Assembly (NCBI GenBank): GCA_963828195.1
Contig: CAWHDT010000005.1
Location: forward strand, 640,001 to 704,000
Origin: Candidatus Bathyarchaeota archaeon
GTDB lineage: Archaea > Thermoproteota > Bathyarchaeia > Bathyarchaeales > Bathycorpusculaceae
Direction of reading: 5' to 3'
DNA: 64,000 nt
Under the pieces are notes generated by a model. The model did not search any database, was not told the origin of the DNA, and saw nothing but the letters and a program-made list of their open reading frames with translations. The translations under genes were made by a program, and so were the position numbers. Positions 10,055 through 19,258 of this stretch are shown in pieces (within the stretch, counting starts at the first letter, position 1; each line of letters begins with the position of its first letter).

Positions 10055-11850
10055 CCAAGATGCCCGTGCTGGAGGTTAAAGATTTCTGGTGGAAGTACCG
10101 ATCATTTGTTGGCGTAGAGAACCCCTACACGCTCAAAGGATTATCGTTCACGGTTGAAAAAGGAGAATTCTTAGGCATAATTGGCCCAAGCGGCGCGGGA
10201 AAAACAACCCTCTGCTACGCCATCGCCGGAATCATACCGAAAGTCTTCACCGTGCCATTTGGCAAAGAAAACGAACACGTCAAAGGCGAAATCAAACTTT
10301 TCGGCGAAACACTAACGAAAGTCGAAAAAGTAAATGACCCCAAGACTGGAAGAATGGTTGATAAAATAGTTGGTATGAAGCAGGCGGCGCCTAGAGTTGG
10401 GCTTCTTCTGCAAGATCCTGAGAACCAATTTTTGAGGATGGATCTTTTGCATGAAATCAGCTTCGGCATGGAGCTTCTGGGGCTGTCGGAAGGGGAAATC
10501 GAGAGCAGAGCAAAAGAAGCCTTGGAGATAGTCGGATTGGGTCCTTTGTGGCCGATCGCAGATCTTGTTCATCCCTCCGAGTTGTCCGGGGGGCAGAAGC
10601 AGCGGGCTGCCATCGCTTCCTTCATTGCACTGCGTCCTGAAGTCCTCGTTTTGGATGAGCCCACCTCTAACTTGGATCCCGAGGGGAAACTTGGGATAAT
10701 TCAAGCTATAGACAACATAAAAAAAGAGTATGATATAACGATAATTCTTGTTGAGCACAACCCCGAAGTGATACAGAAGTACGCTGACAAAGTGTTGGCG
10801 ATAAACGATGGGCAAGCAATTGCATATGGCACCACTGAAGAAGTTTATTCTCAATGCAAAATGTTTGATGACAATGGGCTCTACTCCTCAGACATAGCGA
10901 GGATAGGTTGGAGGGCAGGCTTAAGTTACAACGGCAGAGTCCCCTTCACCGTTGATGAAATGCTGCAGTCAATGGATGGCAGAACACAGAAGCCTCTATT
11001 GCCTAACCCAGAAGATGACCCCGTGGACCAGTCAGCTCAGGAAATAATAAGCGTTAAAGACCTCAGTTTTTCCTACGAAGATGGAACGCAAGCACTGAAA
11101 GGGGTAAATTTCACGATAAAACAGGGAGAATGCGTCGGGCTCATTGGGCAAAACGGGGCAGGCAAGTCAACGGTATCAAAGATAATCAGCGGCTTGTACA
11201 AAAAGTTTCAGGGCGAGGCAACGGTTATGGGGAAGAACCTGCGAGACCCAAAGGTGGTTCAGAAAATACCCTGCTACGTCGGATACGTTTTTCAGAACCC
11301 TGACAACCAGATTTTCATGAGAAAAGTCTATGATGAAGTCGCTTACGGACTCAAGAACCTCAAGGTGCCGCAGCAGGAAATTGACCAAAGAGTCAAGGAG
11401 GCATTGAAGAGTGTTGGTTTACAATCAAAGATCGACGAGGACCCGATGTTTTTAGGTAAAGGCGAAAAAAGAAGGCTTACGGTGGCGTCGATTCTCGCGA
11501 TGAACCCGAAGATAATGATTGTCGATGAACCCACGACGGGTCAGGACTTCAGGATGTCAGAAGATATAATGTGCCTGCTTGACGAACTAAACAGGTCAGG
11601 CACCACAATCCTTGTCATCACCCATGACATGACCCTGGTTTCAGAACATACCAAAAGAGTCATAGTAATGCACAACGGCGCCGTACTCTACGATGGCTCC
11701 ACAAGAGGCTTCTTCTCAAACGAAGAACTACTCGACAAAGCCGACATCATTCCGCCTATGGCAGCAAGATTCAGCCTTGAATACAAGAAAAAAAATCCGC
11801 TTGCGCCAGACCTAATGAATGTAAAAGAATGGGTCACGGCACTAAAATAG
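10051..11850 (+). CDS. ECF transporter duplicated ATPase
   Basis: Two ABC domains: GPSGAGKT/LSGGQKQR/LDEPT and GQNGAGKS/QNPD/DEPTTGQD. Confidence 0.92.
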   Translation: MTKMPVLEVKDFWWKYRSFVGVENPYTLKGLSFTVEKGEFLGIIGPSGAGKTTLCYAIAGIIPKVFTVPFGKENEHVKGEIKLFGETLTKVEKVNDPKTGRMVDKIVGMKQAAPRVGLLLQDPENQFLRMDLLHEISFGMELLGLSEGEIESRAKEALEIVGLGPLWPIADLVHPSELSGGQKQRAAIASFIALRPEVLVLDEPTSNLDPEGKLGIIQAIDNIKKEYDITIILVEHNPEVIQKYADKVLAINDGQAIAYGTTEEVYSQCKMFDDNGLYSSDIARIGWRAGLSYNGRVPFTVDEMLQSMDGRTQKPLLPNPEDDPVDQSAQEIISVKDLSFSYEDGTQALKGVNFTIKQGECVGLIGQNGAGKSTVSKIISGLYKKFQGEATVMGKNLRDPKVVQKIPCYVGYVFQNPDNQIFMRKVYDEVAYGLKNLKVPQQEIDQRVKEALKSVGLQSKIDEDPMFLGKGEKRRLTVASILAMNPKIMIVDEPTTGQDFRMSEDIMCLLDELNRSGTTILVITHDMTLVSEHTKRVIVMHNGAVLYDGSTRGFFSNEELLDKADIIPPMAARFSLEYKKKNPLAPDLMNVKEWVTALK

Positions 11851-11897
11851 AATGGCGCCACAGCCATTTGCCGTATTTTTTGAGCGCTGAACCGTTT

Positions 11898-12548
11898 TCA
11901 AGCTTTAGTTTTTGCTCTTTTTCTCAGCATAGTCACTATTGCAAGGCTAACCATCACTAGGAGTATCGGCAAAACTACCAATGGAAACTCTGGAGTGCTG
12001 GGGGTCGGTGTGGCTGCTGGAGAATCGGTTGGGGCGGGCGAAGCAGTTGGGTTTGTTGCAGCATAGCTCGTGTTTATTGAGAAATCAACTGTGTCTACCC
12101 AAGCGGCATAATAATCTGCACTCCCGGGACCAGCTGGTTTGAAGGGTGCGCCAGGCGGGTTTGCGCTGTAGTAATTGTTGAGGTTGGCTTCTTCAATAAT
12201 TGTTAAGCAGTGTGAGCCATTGGATAATTCTGGCAGCTGCACTGTTCCTGATGCTGTGGCGATAATTAAGCCCAACTCGGGGTTTTCCAGCGTTAAAGGT
12301 ACAGGTCCTCCATAGTTTCCATCAATGGTGTAGTTCAACGAGCACTGCAAGCCTTCGCCCCACTCGAAACTGACGTTTAGCGTTAAAAAATTGGATTCAT
12401 ATGTGGTGTTTACAGGAGACAATAAAGTGACTCCTCCAGAGAAAACAATTGAATCCGCAGAATCCGCCTTAACAGCTTGAAAGCCCACTCCGAGCGAAAC
12501 AAGTAACAGGGAAACAACGAGAATTGTCAAAACCATTTTCAGATTCAT
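11898..12548 (-). CDS. Secreted protein with PEF-CTERM-like sorting tail
   Basis: Signal peptide, P/T linker, TPEFP + TM + basic tail. Confidence 0.7.
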   Translation of the reverse strand: MNLKMVLTILVVSLLLVSLGVGFQAVKADSADSIVFSGGVTLLSPVNTTYESNFLTLNVSFEWGEGLQCSLNYTIDGNYGGPVPLTLENPELGLIIATASGTVQLPELSNGSHCLTIIEEANLNNYYSANPPGAPFKPAGPGSADYYAAWVDTVDFSINTSYAATNPTASPAPTDSPAATPTPSTPEFPLVVLPILLVMVSLAIVTMLRKRAKTKA

Positions 12549-12596
12549 GTTTCACCAAGACTCCATCGATCAGCGATACCTATCTCTAACATTCAA

Positions 12597-12645
12597 GCGG
12601 CATATTACTCTCCTCATGGAACAGTCTGTTCCGCAAAAAGAACAC
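12597..12645 (-). promoter_or_regulatory. Conserved 49-bp upstream element (copy 2)
   Basis: GTGTTC...GGAACAGACTGTTCC...GGAGAG..ATAT.CCGC on the minus strand; matches 5234-5282. Confidence 0.65.
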
Positions 12646-12754
12646 CCCTAACCCCGCAACCAATAAAATGGCACGCATCATCTATAATTTTTAGACTCAT
12701 CTGCTCCGCCAAAAATCCGATTTTGGATTGAAAATTTAAAATTATATATAATGG

Positions 12755-13234
12755 TTGTTACAGTCTCATGAAAGTACATTAACGTATGTTGGTGGAGAGA
12801 CGTTGGACGAAGTATTAGATATGTTGGATAAAACTGCTAAGCGGATACAGAAGGTTGTTGACGAGACAAAAGAGGCAACTTGGAAGCAGTCAGCGCTTTA
12901 TGAGCAAATTATGCTGGCGCCGGACGCTTCAGATGAACAGAAAATTAAAGCCTTCATCAAGAAAGCACGCTATTTAGACCAGCTTGAAACGTTAAATTCG
13001 CAGCTAAGCCTGCTTTACATGCTTCAGATATTCGCGTTTAAAGTTAAAGTGCTTGAGGTAACAGTCGGAAACATCAACCAGCAGCTTACAAAATCGGGAA
13101 TTCTCCTGAAAACAGACGAAATAGAAAACATAAAGACCAACATTGACTCCCTCAAAATCCTAATTGAAGCCCAATACGAATCGATGAAGGAAATCAGAGA
13201 AACAAAAATCAAAGCGTTAGACTACATCCACTAA
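12755..13234 (+). CDS. Hypothetical coiled-coil protein
   Basis: Helical, heptad-rich ORF; true start may be TTG at ~12802. Confidence 0.55.
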   Translation: MLQSHESTLTYVGGETLDEVLDMLDKTAKRIQKVVDETKEATWKQSALYEQIMLAPDASDEQKIKAFIKKARYLDQLETLNSQLSLLYMLQIFAFKVKVLEVTVGNINQQLTKSGILLKTDEIENIKTNIDSLKILIEAQYESMKEIRETKIKALDYIH

Positions 13235-13416
13235 ACATTTCCCACTTTATTCTTACTTTTCAGATGTTTTTATTTGCGAACAAAACCAGCAGCATCCATA
13301 GGCAACAAAATTACAAAACGGACAAAAAGAGAAATGGCTGCTAAAATAAAATTAAATAAAAAGGGCAGCCTGGTGGTTTTCACCACTCATGCGTGCAATG
13401 TCGGTTTTTGTCCGGC

Positions 13417-14340
13417 TTAATCTACGATCTTTTCCCAGCTTGTAACTAAGTCAAGAACTTCTTGTCCTTGTTTGCCGCCGTAACTCTTGAGGCGTTCGCG
13501 CGTGTCTTTTTGTGCGATCATTGCTTTCTGGAACTCTACCATCTGAGCTGCTTTGTCTGTTAAGTAGAGGATTCCGTCTACGCCTGCTCGTGCCATGCGG
13601 ACTGAAACTGTCAATATTTCGCTCGGGGTTGGTGTTTCTCTTGGGTCGTCTCCGGGTCCAATAACGTATAATGCAATGTTTAGTTTGACGTCTTTGAAGA
13701 GTTTCTTGAAGTTGCGTGTTAGCATTTCCCAATACCAAGGTGTTGCATAGTTTTTGCTGAACATAACGACGAGAAATTCGTCGGTTAGAGGGGCTAAGTC
13801 ATCAAAATTAACGCCGAAGCGTTCATAATTGGTAACTGGGTCTGGAAGGACACCGATGACAAATTTGCTTTTTGCTCTGTCGCGTACTCGTTCGCTTACT
13901 AATGCCATGTAGTCGGTGATTTCTTTTCGTCTCCATTCGTACCGGCTTAAGCCGCTTTTCTTGTGGAGTTCGTTGCAGCGTGGGCATGTGCAGTGACCGT
14001 GATCTGCGAAGTGGATGCTGTTTAGCCAGATTCCTGGGCTTTTACGTGCGACGTCTTCGATGTAGTCGAGTTGTTCTGCGCGGTGTTCAGGTTGGGTTGC
14101 ACAGAGAATGTCCCATCTGACGTTGAAGTTGTCGTTTGTTCTCCATGCTGGACCAAGGTCTGACTGTGAGATCCAGTCCGGGTGGTTTCGTGCGGTTACG
14201 TTGTCTCCGAAAATTGCGATGTTGCTGTGCATGTCGGGTTTTGGCGGTAAACGTCTGCCTACTTCTGGTTTAACACGGAAAAGGTCATAGTCGAAGCCTG
14301 GAACTTTTTTTGCTTCAAACATGTATGTGCCGAATTTCAT
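13417..14340 (-). CDS. Glycoside-hydrolase-like TIM-barrel protein with CxCxxC motif
   Basis: HPDW, GIWLNSIHF, CTCPRC and GVDGI motifs. Confidence 0.5.
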   Translation of the reverse strand: MKFGTYMFEAKKVPGFDYDLFRVKPEVGRRLPPKPDMHSNIAIFGDNVTARNHPDWISQSDLGPAWRTNDNFNVRWDILCATQPEHRAEQLDYIEDVARKSPGIWLNSIHFADHGHCTCPRCNELHKKSGLSRYEWRRKEITDYMALVSERVRDRAKSKFVIGVLPDPVTNYERFGVNFDDLAPLTDEFLVVMFSKNYATPWYWEMLTRNFKKLFKDVKLNIALYVIGPGDDPRETPTPSEILTVSVRMARAGVDGILYLTDKAAQMVEFQKAMIAQKDTRERLKSYGGKQGQEVLDLVTSWEKIVD

Positions 14341-14570
14341 CTTGATTCTACCTTTTTAGAATCCAAAACGTTTGGCGGCGTTATAAAGTTTTGCGTAATC
14401 CATATCTTAACGCTTAAGTGGTTGCTTAAACCAGACGACCTGCGGTTCCTCCACGATTGTGAAGAAACAAAGTTGCGGCAGGTTAGAACTTAAGAAAATC
14501 CTCTTCAGAAGCACGTAACTTTTAAACCTAAACAGCCCTATACACTGCCATTAAGGAAGAGGGTTGGAGT

Positions 14571-14975
14571 ATGCCGATAAAGTATTTTGAAGCGCCGGAA
14601 ATTAAAAAGCAGGTTGACCAGTTGGCGGAGGAATGCGAGTTCTACCATGTTGTGCCACAGTTTGTTTTCTGCGTAAGAAGCAGAGGCTCCAAAGCCAGGC
14701 GTACAATCGCGCGCATTCACGGTTTAGGCAGAATTTGGCAAGGAGTCCTTAACCTGCCGCCCTCCTACACCATCGAGGTTATTTCGGAGATTTATGACAG
14801 AATGTCCGCTGAAGATAAAGAGAAAACCTTGATTCATGAACTCATGCATATTCCAGGCGGCTTCTCCGGTGGTTTTCGCCCCCACAAAGGCTACGTTGAA
14901 CGCAAAAACGTTGAGGCGGTTTATAAGAAGCTGCAGAGTGATCGGGCTGCTAAAAAGCAGAGAACGTTGATGTAG
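14571..14975 (+). CDS. Predicted HExxH metallopeptidase
   Basis: RSRGSKARRTIARIHG, TLIHELMHIP, GGFRPH. Confidence 0.8.
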   Translation: MPIKYFEAPEIKKQVDQLAEECEFYHVVPQFVFCVRSRGSKARRTIARIHGLGRIWQGVLNLPPSYTIEVISEIYDRMSAEDKEKTLIHELMHIPGGFSGGFRPHKGYVERKNVEAVYKKLQSDRAAKKQRTLM

Positions 14976-15149
14976 CTGGTTTTTCCCAGAAAACTTTGCC
15001 GTTTTCCGCTATAAGTTTTTAAGCGTCGGTGAACGGTTATGGAAAGTCGCAGCTTTAACACTGTCTCTAACCGAAAGGCAGAAAAACAATGTTTAAGCAT
15101 GTATGCAAACAAGTTAAAGTCATTTGCCAACAATATTGAGGTTTAACTG

Positions 15150-16814
15150 ATGAAACACGTTATGAAAAACTTGAAGCATAACGGGATATTTGTTCCAATT
15201 TACGATTACAAAGGCTTCAGCGTCAAAATCGACGGCCAAACCGTGAAGCTGACGCCGAAAAGCGAGCAAATGGCGGTCGCATGGATAAGAAAAAGCCTAT
15301 CCACCGTTTCTCCGCCAGACAACGTTTTCAAAAAGAACTTCATGCGGGAATTCCTCGGGCAACTCAAAGAGGAGAACCCGTCGGCAAATTTCTTGGATTC
15401 CTTTTGCTCAAAGTACTTAGCCAGCATTGACAATCCGCTTGCAACCCAAAATAACGGATCACAGCCGATGCCTCAAGGAATCGACTTCACCCAGATCTGC
15501 AGCTCCATTGAAAGCGAAAAAGCAAAGAAAGAAGCCCTGACTAAAGAACTTAAAAAGCAGCAGGCTGAAGAACGCAAAGTCAAGCGTTTGGCGTTTAAAG
15601 AGAAATTTGGTTATGCGGAAGTTGATGGGCAGAAACTGGAGATTGCCAACTGGACTTCGGAGCCGTCATGCCTTTTCGCTGGACGCGGCGATCATCCGCA
15701 ACGGGGAAAATGGAAGGACGGACCAAGCGAGGAAGACATTGTTTTGAATTTGCCGCCTGATGCCACCGTTCCCGCTGGGCATTGGAAAGGCGTGGTTTGG
15801 GAACCCGACAAGATGTACGTTGCTAAGTGGGAAGACAAGCTCACAGGCAAAATCAAGTACGTCTGGTTCAGCGACACAGCATTTCTCAAGCAGAACAGAG
15901 AAAAAGAAAAGTTCCAGAAAGCCGAAAACCTGGGCAAACAAATCAAAACCGTTGAGCAGCACATTCAGAGAAATCTGGATTCAAAGGATGAAGAGAGACG
16001 TAAAGTCGCCACTGTTGCATGGCTTATTTTTGCCGTTAACATGAGGGTAGGCGACGAAAAGGATCCTGACGAAGCAGACACCGTGGGCGCAATTACTCTT
16101 AGGGCGGAACACGTGAAAATCAATGGAAACCAACTGAACTTCCATTTTCTAGGCAAAGACAGTGTGGAATGGGACAAAACCCTTCCAGCGCCGCCAGAGG
16201 TTATTCGGAATATTCAAAATTACATGCAGACAAGCAAACAATACCTCTTCGAAGGCGTCAACTCAAAAAAGGTTGCTCGTTTTCTCTCTGAGAAAGTCCC
16301 AAAACTCTCCGCCAAAGTGTTCCGCACTTGGAAATGCACCACTACCCTTGAAACAGCTCTTAAAAATGAAACCGAGAGGGAAAAAGTAGCGAAGGATAGT
16401 CCTGATTACAAGAAAGCCTACGTCGCAAAGATGGCTAATTATGAAGTCGCGGTCGTGGCGAACCACAAGAAGAAGGTGCCGCCGACTTTTGACCAGCGCC
16501 TCGAGAAAAAAGAAGACAGCCTCAAATCTCTTCAACAGTTGCTTGAAACGAAGAAGGCTGAGGGCAAAAAAACGGAGTCGCTTGAAAACCGAATAGAGCG
16601 GGCTAAGCTTGACTTGGAATTGACAAAGCTAACCAAAGAATACAACTTGGGCACGTCGCTGAAATCCTACATTGACCCGACTGCATACGTGAAGTGGGCG
16701 AAAAAAGTAAAGTTTGACATCGAAAAATTCTACCCCAAAACCCTGCGCAACAAATTCAGCTGGGCACTGCAAAGCAGCAAAGCATCGCAAGCCGCCGAGT
16801 GCATAACCGCATGA
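15150..16814 (+). CDS. DNA topoisomerase IB (eukaryote-like archaeal type)
   Basis: LKHNG, GRGDHPQRG, MRVGDEKD..EADTVG, FLGKDS, AKVFRTW, NH and catalytic GTSLKSYIDP. Confidence 0.95.
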   Translation: MKHVMKNLKHNGIFVPIYDYKGFSVKIDGQTVKLTPKSEQMAVAWIRKSLSTVSPPDNVFKKNFMREFLGQLKEENPSANFLDSFCSKYLASIDNPLATQNNGSQPMPQGIDFTQICSSIESEKAKKEALTKELKKQQAEERKVKRLAFKEKFGYAEVDGQKLEIANWTSEPSCLFAGRGDHPQRGKWKDGPSEEDIVLNLPPDATVPAGHWKGVVWEPDKMYVAKWEDKLTGKIKYVWFSDTAFLKQNREKEKFQKAENLGKQIKTVEQHIQRNLDSKDEERRKVATVAWLIFAVNMRVGDEKDPDEADTVGAITLRAEHVKINGNQLNFHFLGKDSVEWDKTLPAPPEVIRNIQNYMQTSKQYLFEGVNSKKVARFLSEKVPKLSAKVFRTWKCTTTLETALKNETEREKVAKDSPDYKKAYVAKMANYEVAVVANHKKKVPPTFDQRLEKKEDSLKSLQQLLETKKAEGKKTESLENRIERAKLDLELTKLTKEYNLGTSLKSYIDPTAYVKWAKKVKFDIEKFYPKTLRNKFSWALQSSKASQAAECITA

Positions 16815-17083
16815 GCATAACCGAAACCAAAGACGGCGTCATCATCACAATTTTTGTAAAACCGAACGCTAAAAAATTCAGCGTGGAACTTGACGGGGAC
16901 GAAATCGTTGTGCACTCCACTGAAGAGCCTATTAAGGGAAAGGTGAACAAAGAGATTTTAAAGGAGTTTCAGAGGATTTTGAATGCAGAAGTCGAGCTCG
17001 CATCGGGCGCGACATCAAGACAGAAGCAATTGTTCGCCAGAGGTACCACCAAAATCCAAGCTGAGAAGCTGTTGAGCCATTAG
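16811..17083 (+). CDS. DUF167/YggU-family protein
   Basis: VKPNAK, P..GKVNKE, GATSRQK; ATG overlaps the topoIB stop. Confidence 0.85.
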   Translation: MSITETKDGVIITIFVKPNAKKFSVELDGDEIVVHSTEEPIKGKVNKEILKEFQRILNAEVELASGATSRQKQLFARGTTKIQAEKLLSH

Positions 17084-17297
17084 CCTATCTGTACAACAGG
17101 ATATATTACGAGAACCGAAATATCGCTTTTAAACCAAACCAGCACTTAAGACAAGTGGAAAGAATTGTAGTTCAAGGGAGAGGGGCAAACCCCCAACACC
17201 TTACCCCAAAAACACGTGATATACTTTTTTAAGCAGTTTAAAAAAGAAACCCATCGCCATTTCTTATTAAGATGTTACAGTTGAGGTGTCAAGTTAA

Positions 17298-17720
17298 TTA
17301 GAGGTTTTTGGTGAAGTCTGTGGGTTCTATTCTTGTTATTCCTTTGATTTTGTCGTATATATGTTCTGTACTTAGGATTGTTTTGTCTTTTGATATTGCT
17401 GTTGCCGCGTGGTAGGCGTCGAAGGGTGAGGTGTTGTACTCGCTTATCAGCAGTGAGGCAGTCAGGCATATTTCTGGAGTTAATGGGATCCATTCGACGT
17501 TTCGCAGGCGGATGAGAACATTCATTGCTTTGGTAAGATCATCTAATAATTGTCTGTTGTAGAACCAAAATATGATTTCCTGAATTGCGGCAGTTGAAGC
17601 ATAAACGCCTTTGAGTTCGCCGAGGTCTATTTTCCCGATGATTTTCTCTGCTGCAGGCTTCAATCGGTCTTCTTTTTTTAAGGCGGCTAGCAGCAAATCC
17701 GATTCGATTAAGATTCGCTT
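17298..17720 (-). CDS. vapC: PIN-domain VapC toxin (5' end anomalous)
   Basis: (K)RILIESD..., QE, FDAYHAATA, ILSTEHIYD; no in-frame canonical start before the first acidic motif. Confidence 0.75.
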   Translation of the reverse strand, partial: KRILIESDLLLAALKKEDRLKPAAEKIIGKIDLGELKGVYASTAAIQEIIFWFYNRQLLDDLTKAMNVLIRLRNVEWIPLTPEICLTASLLISEYNTSPFDAYHAATAISKDKTILSTEHIYDKIKGITRIEPTDFTKNL

Positions 17721-17978
17721 TCACCGCTTTAATTTTCTATCGACTAGCTTTTGAGCCGTTTCTAAGGCTTCTGTCTTCATTTCATGAACTGAATCTTTAA
17801 CATCAATCTGTATTTTCTTTAGTTCCTCAAGTGGGTGTCTGGGAACAGGCAGCATAGCAATGTGGTCGCCTAAGTCAATGTAGATTACGCTGTCTCCTTC
17901 ATCAATGTTGTATTTTTTCCTGATTGCTTTGGGAATTGTGGTTTGGCATTGACGGGTAACTTTAACTTCGTAAGCCAT
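17721..17978 (-). CDS. AbrB/SpoVT-type antitoxin
   Basis: VKVTRQCQTTIPKAIRKKYNIDEGD; upstream TACTAAATTAGTA near-palindrome. Confidence 0.85.
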   Translation of the reverse strand: MAYEVKVTRQCQTTIPKAIRKKYNIDEGDSVIYIDLGDHIAMLPVPRHPLEELKKIQIDVKDSVHEMKTEALETAQKLVDRKLKR

Positions 17979-18109
17979 ATTTCTTCACTACTAAATTAGT
18001 AAGTAAAATACTATAAATCCTTTGCTTTTACTATATGTATTTCTGACAATAAAATAAAGGATGGCGAAGGATAACGCTTTTACGGGAAAAGAGGGTATAA
18101 TTAGCCGCT

Positions 18110-18795
18110 ATGAAACCTGCTGACAAGGCACAACCGACAAAAAGACATAAGCAAAAAAACAAGTGGTTAGTCATTTTCTATGCGGCGCTGCTTATTGCAG
18201 TGATTGTTACGGTCGCGTTTGTTTGGGATCCTGCCCATAACAAGTCAACGAATAATTCTCAGAGCAACGAGTTGAATAGCGAGTTGAACAGCATGCCAGT
18301 TGGCTTCAAAGCTTTTGCAGAAAACTACTTGGGCGTAATGGAGAACTTGAATTCAAGTCAAACCAAAGCCAAAATGGCAGCGCTTCTTGACCCAAGCTGG
18401 AATCAGACGGATCTTTTCGCTTGGGAGGGAAGTAAGCTAACCTTCGCCAATGATCCATCGGGCTCTTTTGAAGATCCATTCCAAATTTTAGACAGCGGCG
18501 ACGGCATTTGCCTGCAATGGAGAGCATAGTTTACGTGTCCGCATGCCTTGCCCTCGGCTACCCGTGCAGGCTCGTCGTAGCTGCTGACACGTCAACATGG
18601 ACTTTCATTCACGTTTGGGCTGAAGACTACTACAACGGAACCTGGGTTCCCGTTGACCCATCCGATAAAGCGTGGAACAGCCCCTCAACCTACTTAAGCT
18701 GGGATTGGGGACCATACATCGGGTCAACTGTCAGGATTTACGCTTTTGAAGACAGTTCATTCCAAGATATAACCGCCACCTACAGCGCCAGCTAA
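18110..18795 (+). pseudogene. Transglutaminase-like membrane-anchored protein split by a 2-bp insertion
   Basis: GDGICLQW|SIVYVSAC...HVWAE...WVPVDPS gives a C-H-D triad; TGG-AG-AGC-ATA at ~18518-18528 breaks the frame. Confidence 0.75.
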
Positions 18796-18867
18796 ATATT
18801 TATTTAAGCTAAGAGCGGAATATTTATTTAAGGTGAATCCCGACGGCTACTAAATACAACAAGACTC

Positions 18868-19150
18868 TTGAGCACCTCGCTAAACCTTTCGTGGAGAGCG
18901 GCGTCTATGAGTCAACGGCTGCTTTTAAGTGACCTTTTGAAGGATGTAGCGTCAAGAAAAATCAAGGCATATAACGCAAAAATCAGGAGATATGAAGTAA
19001 AATACGGCAGCTTTGAACAGTTTAGCCCAAAAAATATGCGGCAAAGCTACGCCTCTGCAAGAAGATAAGTGGCTGGAGTGGGAAGTTGCCATAAACATGC
19101 TTAAGGCATGGAAATCTGTGCATAGCGAGCTAGGTTCAAGTGCCTCCTAA
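18868..19150 (+). pseudogene. Frameshifted antitoxin-like gene remnant
   Basis: YEVKYGSFEQFS continues in another frame as QKICGKATPLQEDKWLEWEVAINMLKAW...; break near 19025. Confidence 0.55.
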
Positions 19151-19258
19151 CGACATTCTCCGCACGAGGTCAAGAAAGTGGTTGAATCAGAAAAAATAAC
19201 GGTTGAAAAAGTGCTAGAAAAATTAAAGTTAATTATGAAATGAAGAGTTTTTTGAATG

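Noticed and set aside
17170-17215. GGGG-CAAA-CCCC hairpin and AACACCTTAC match to the element motif
   Set aside because: Too short; no tRNA or known RNA fold; a 10-bp match is plausibly chance.
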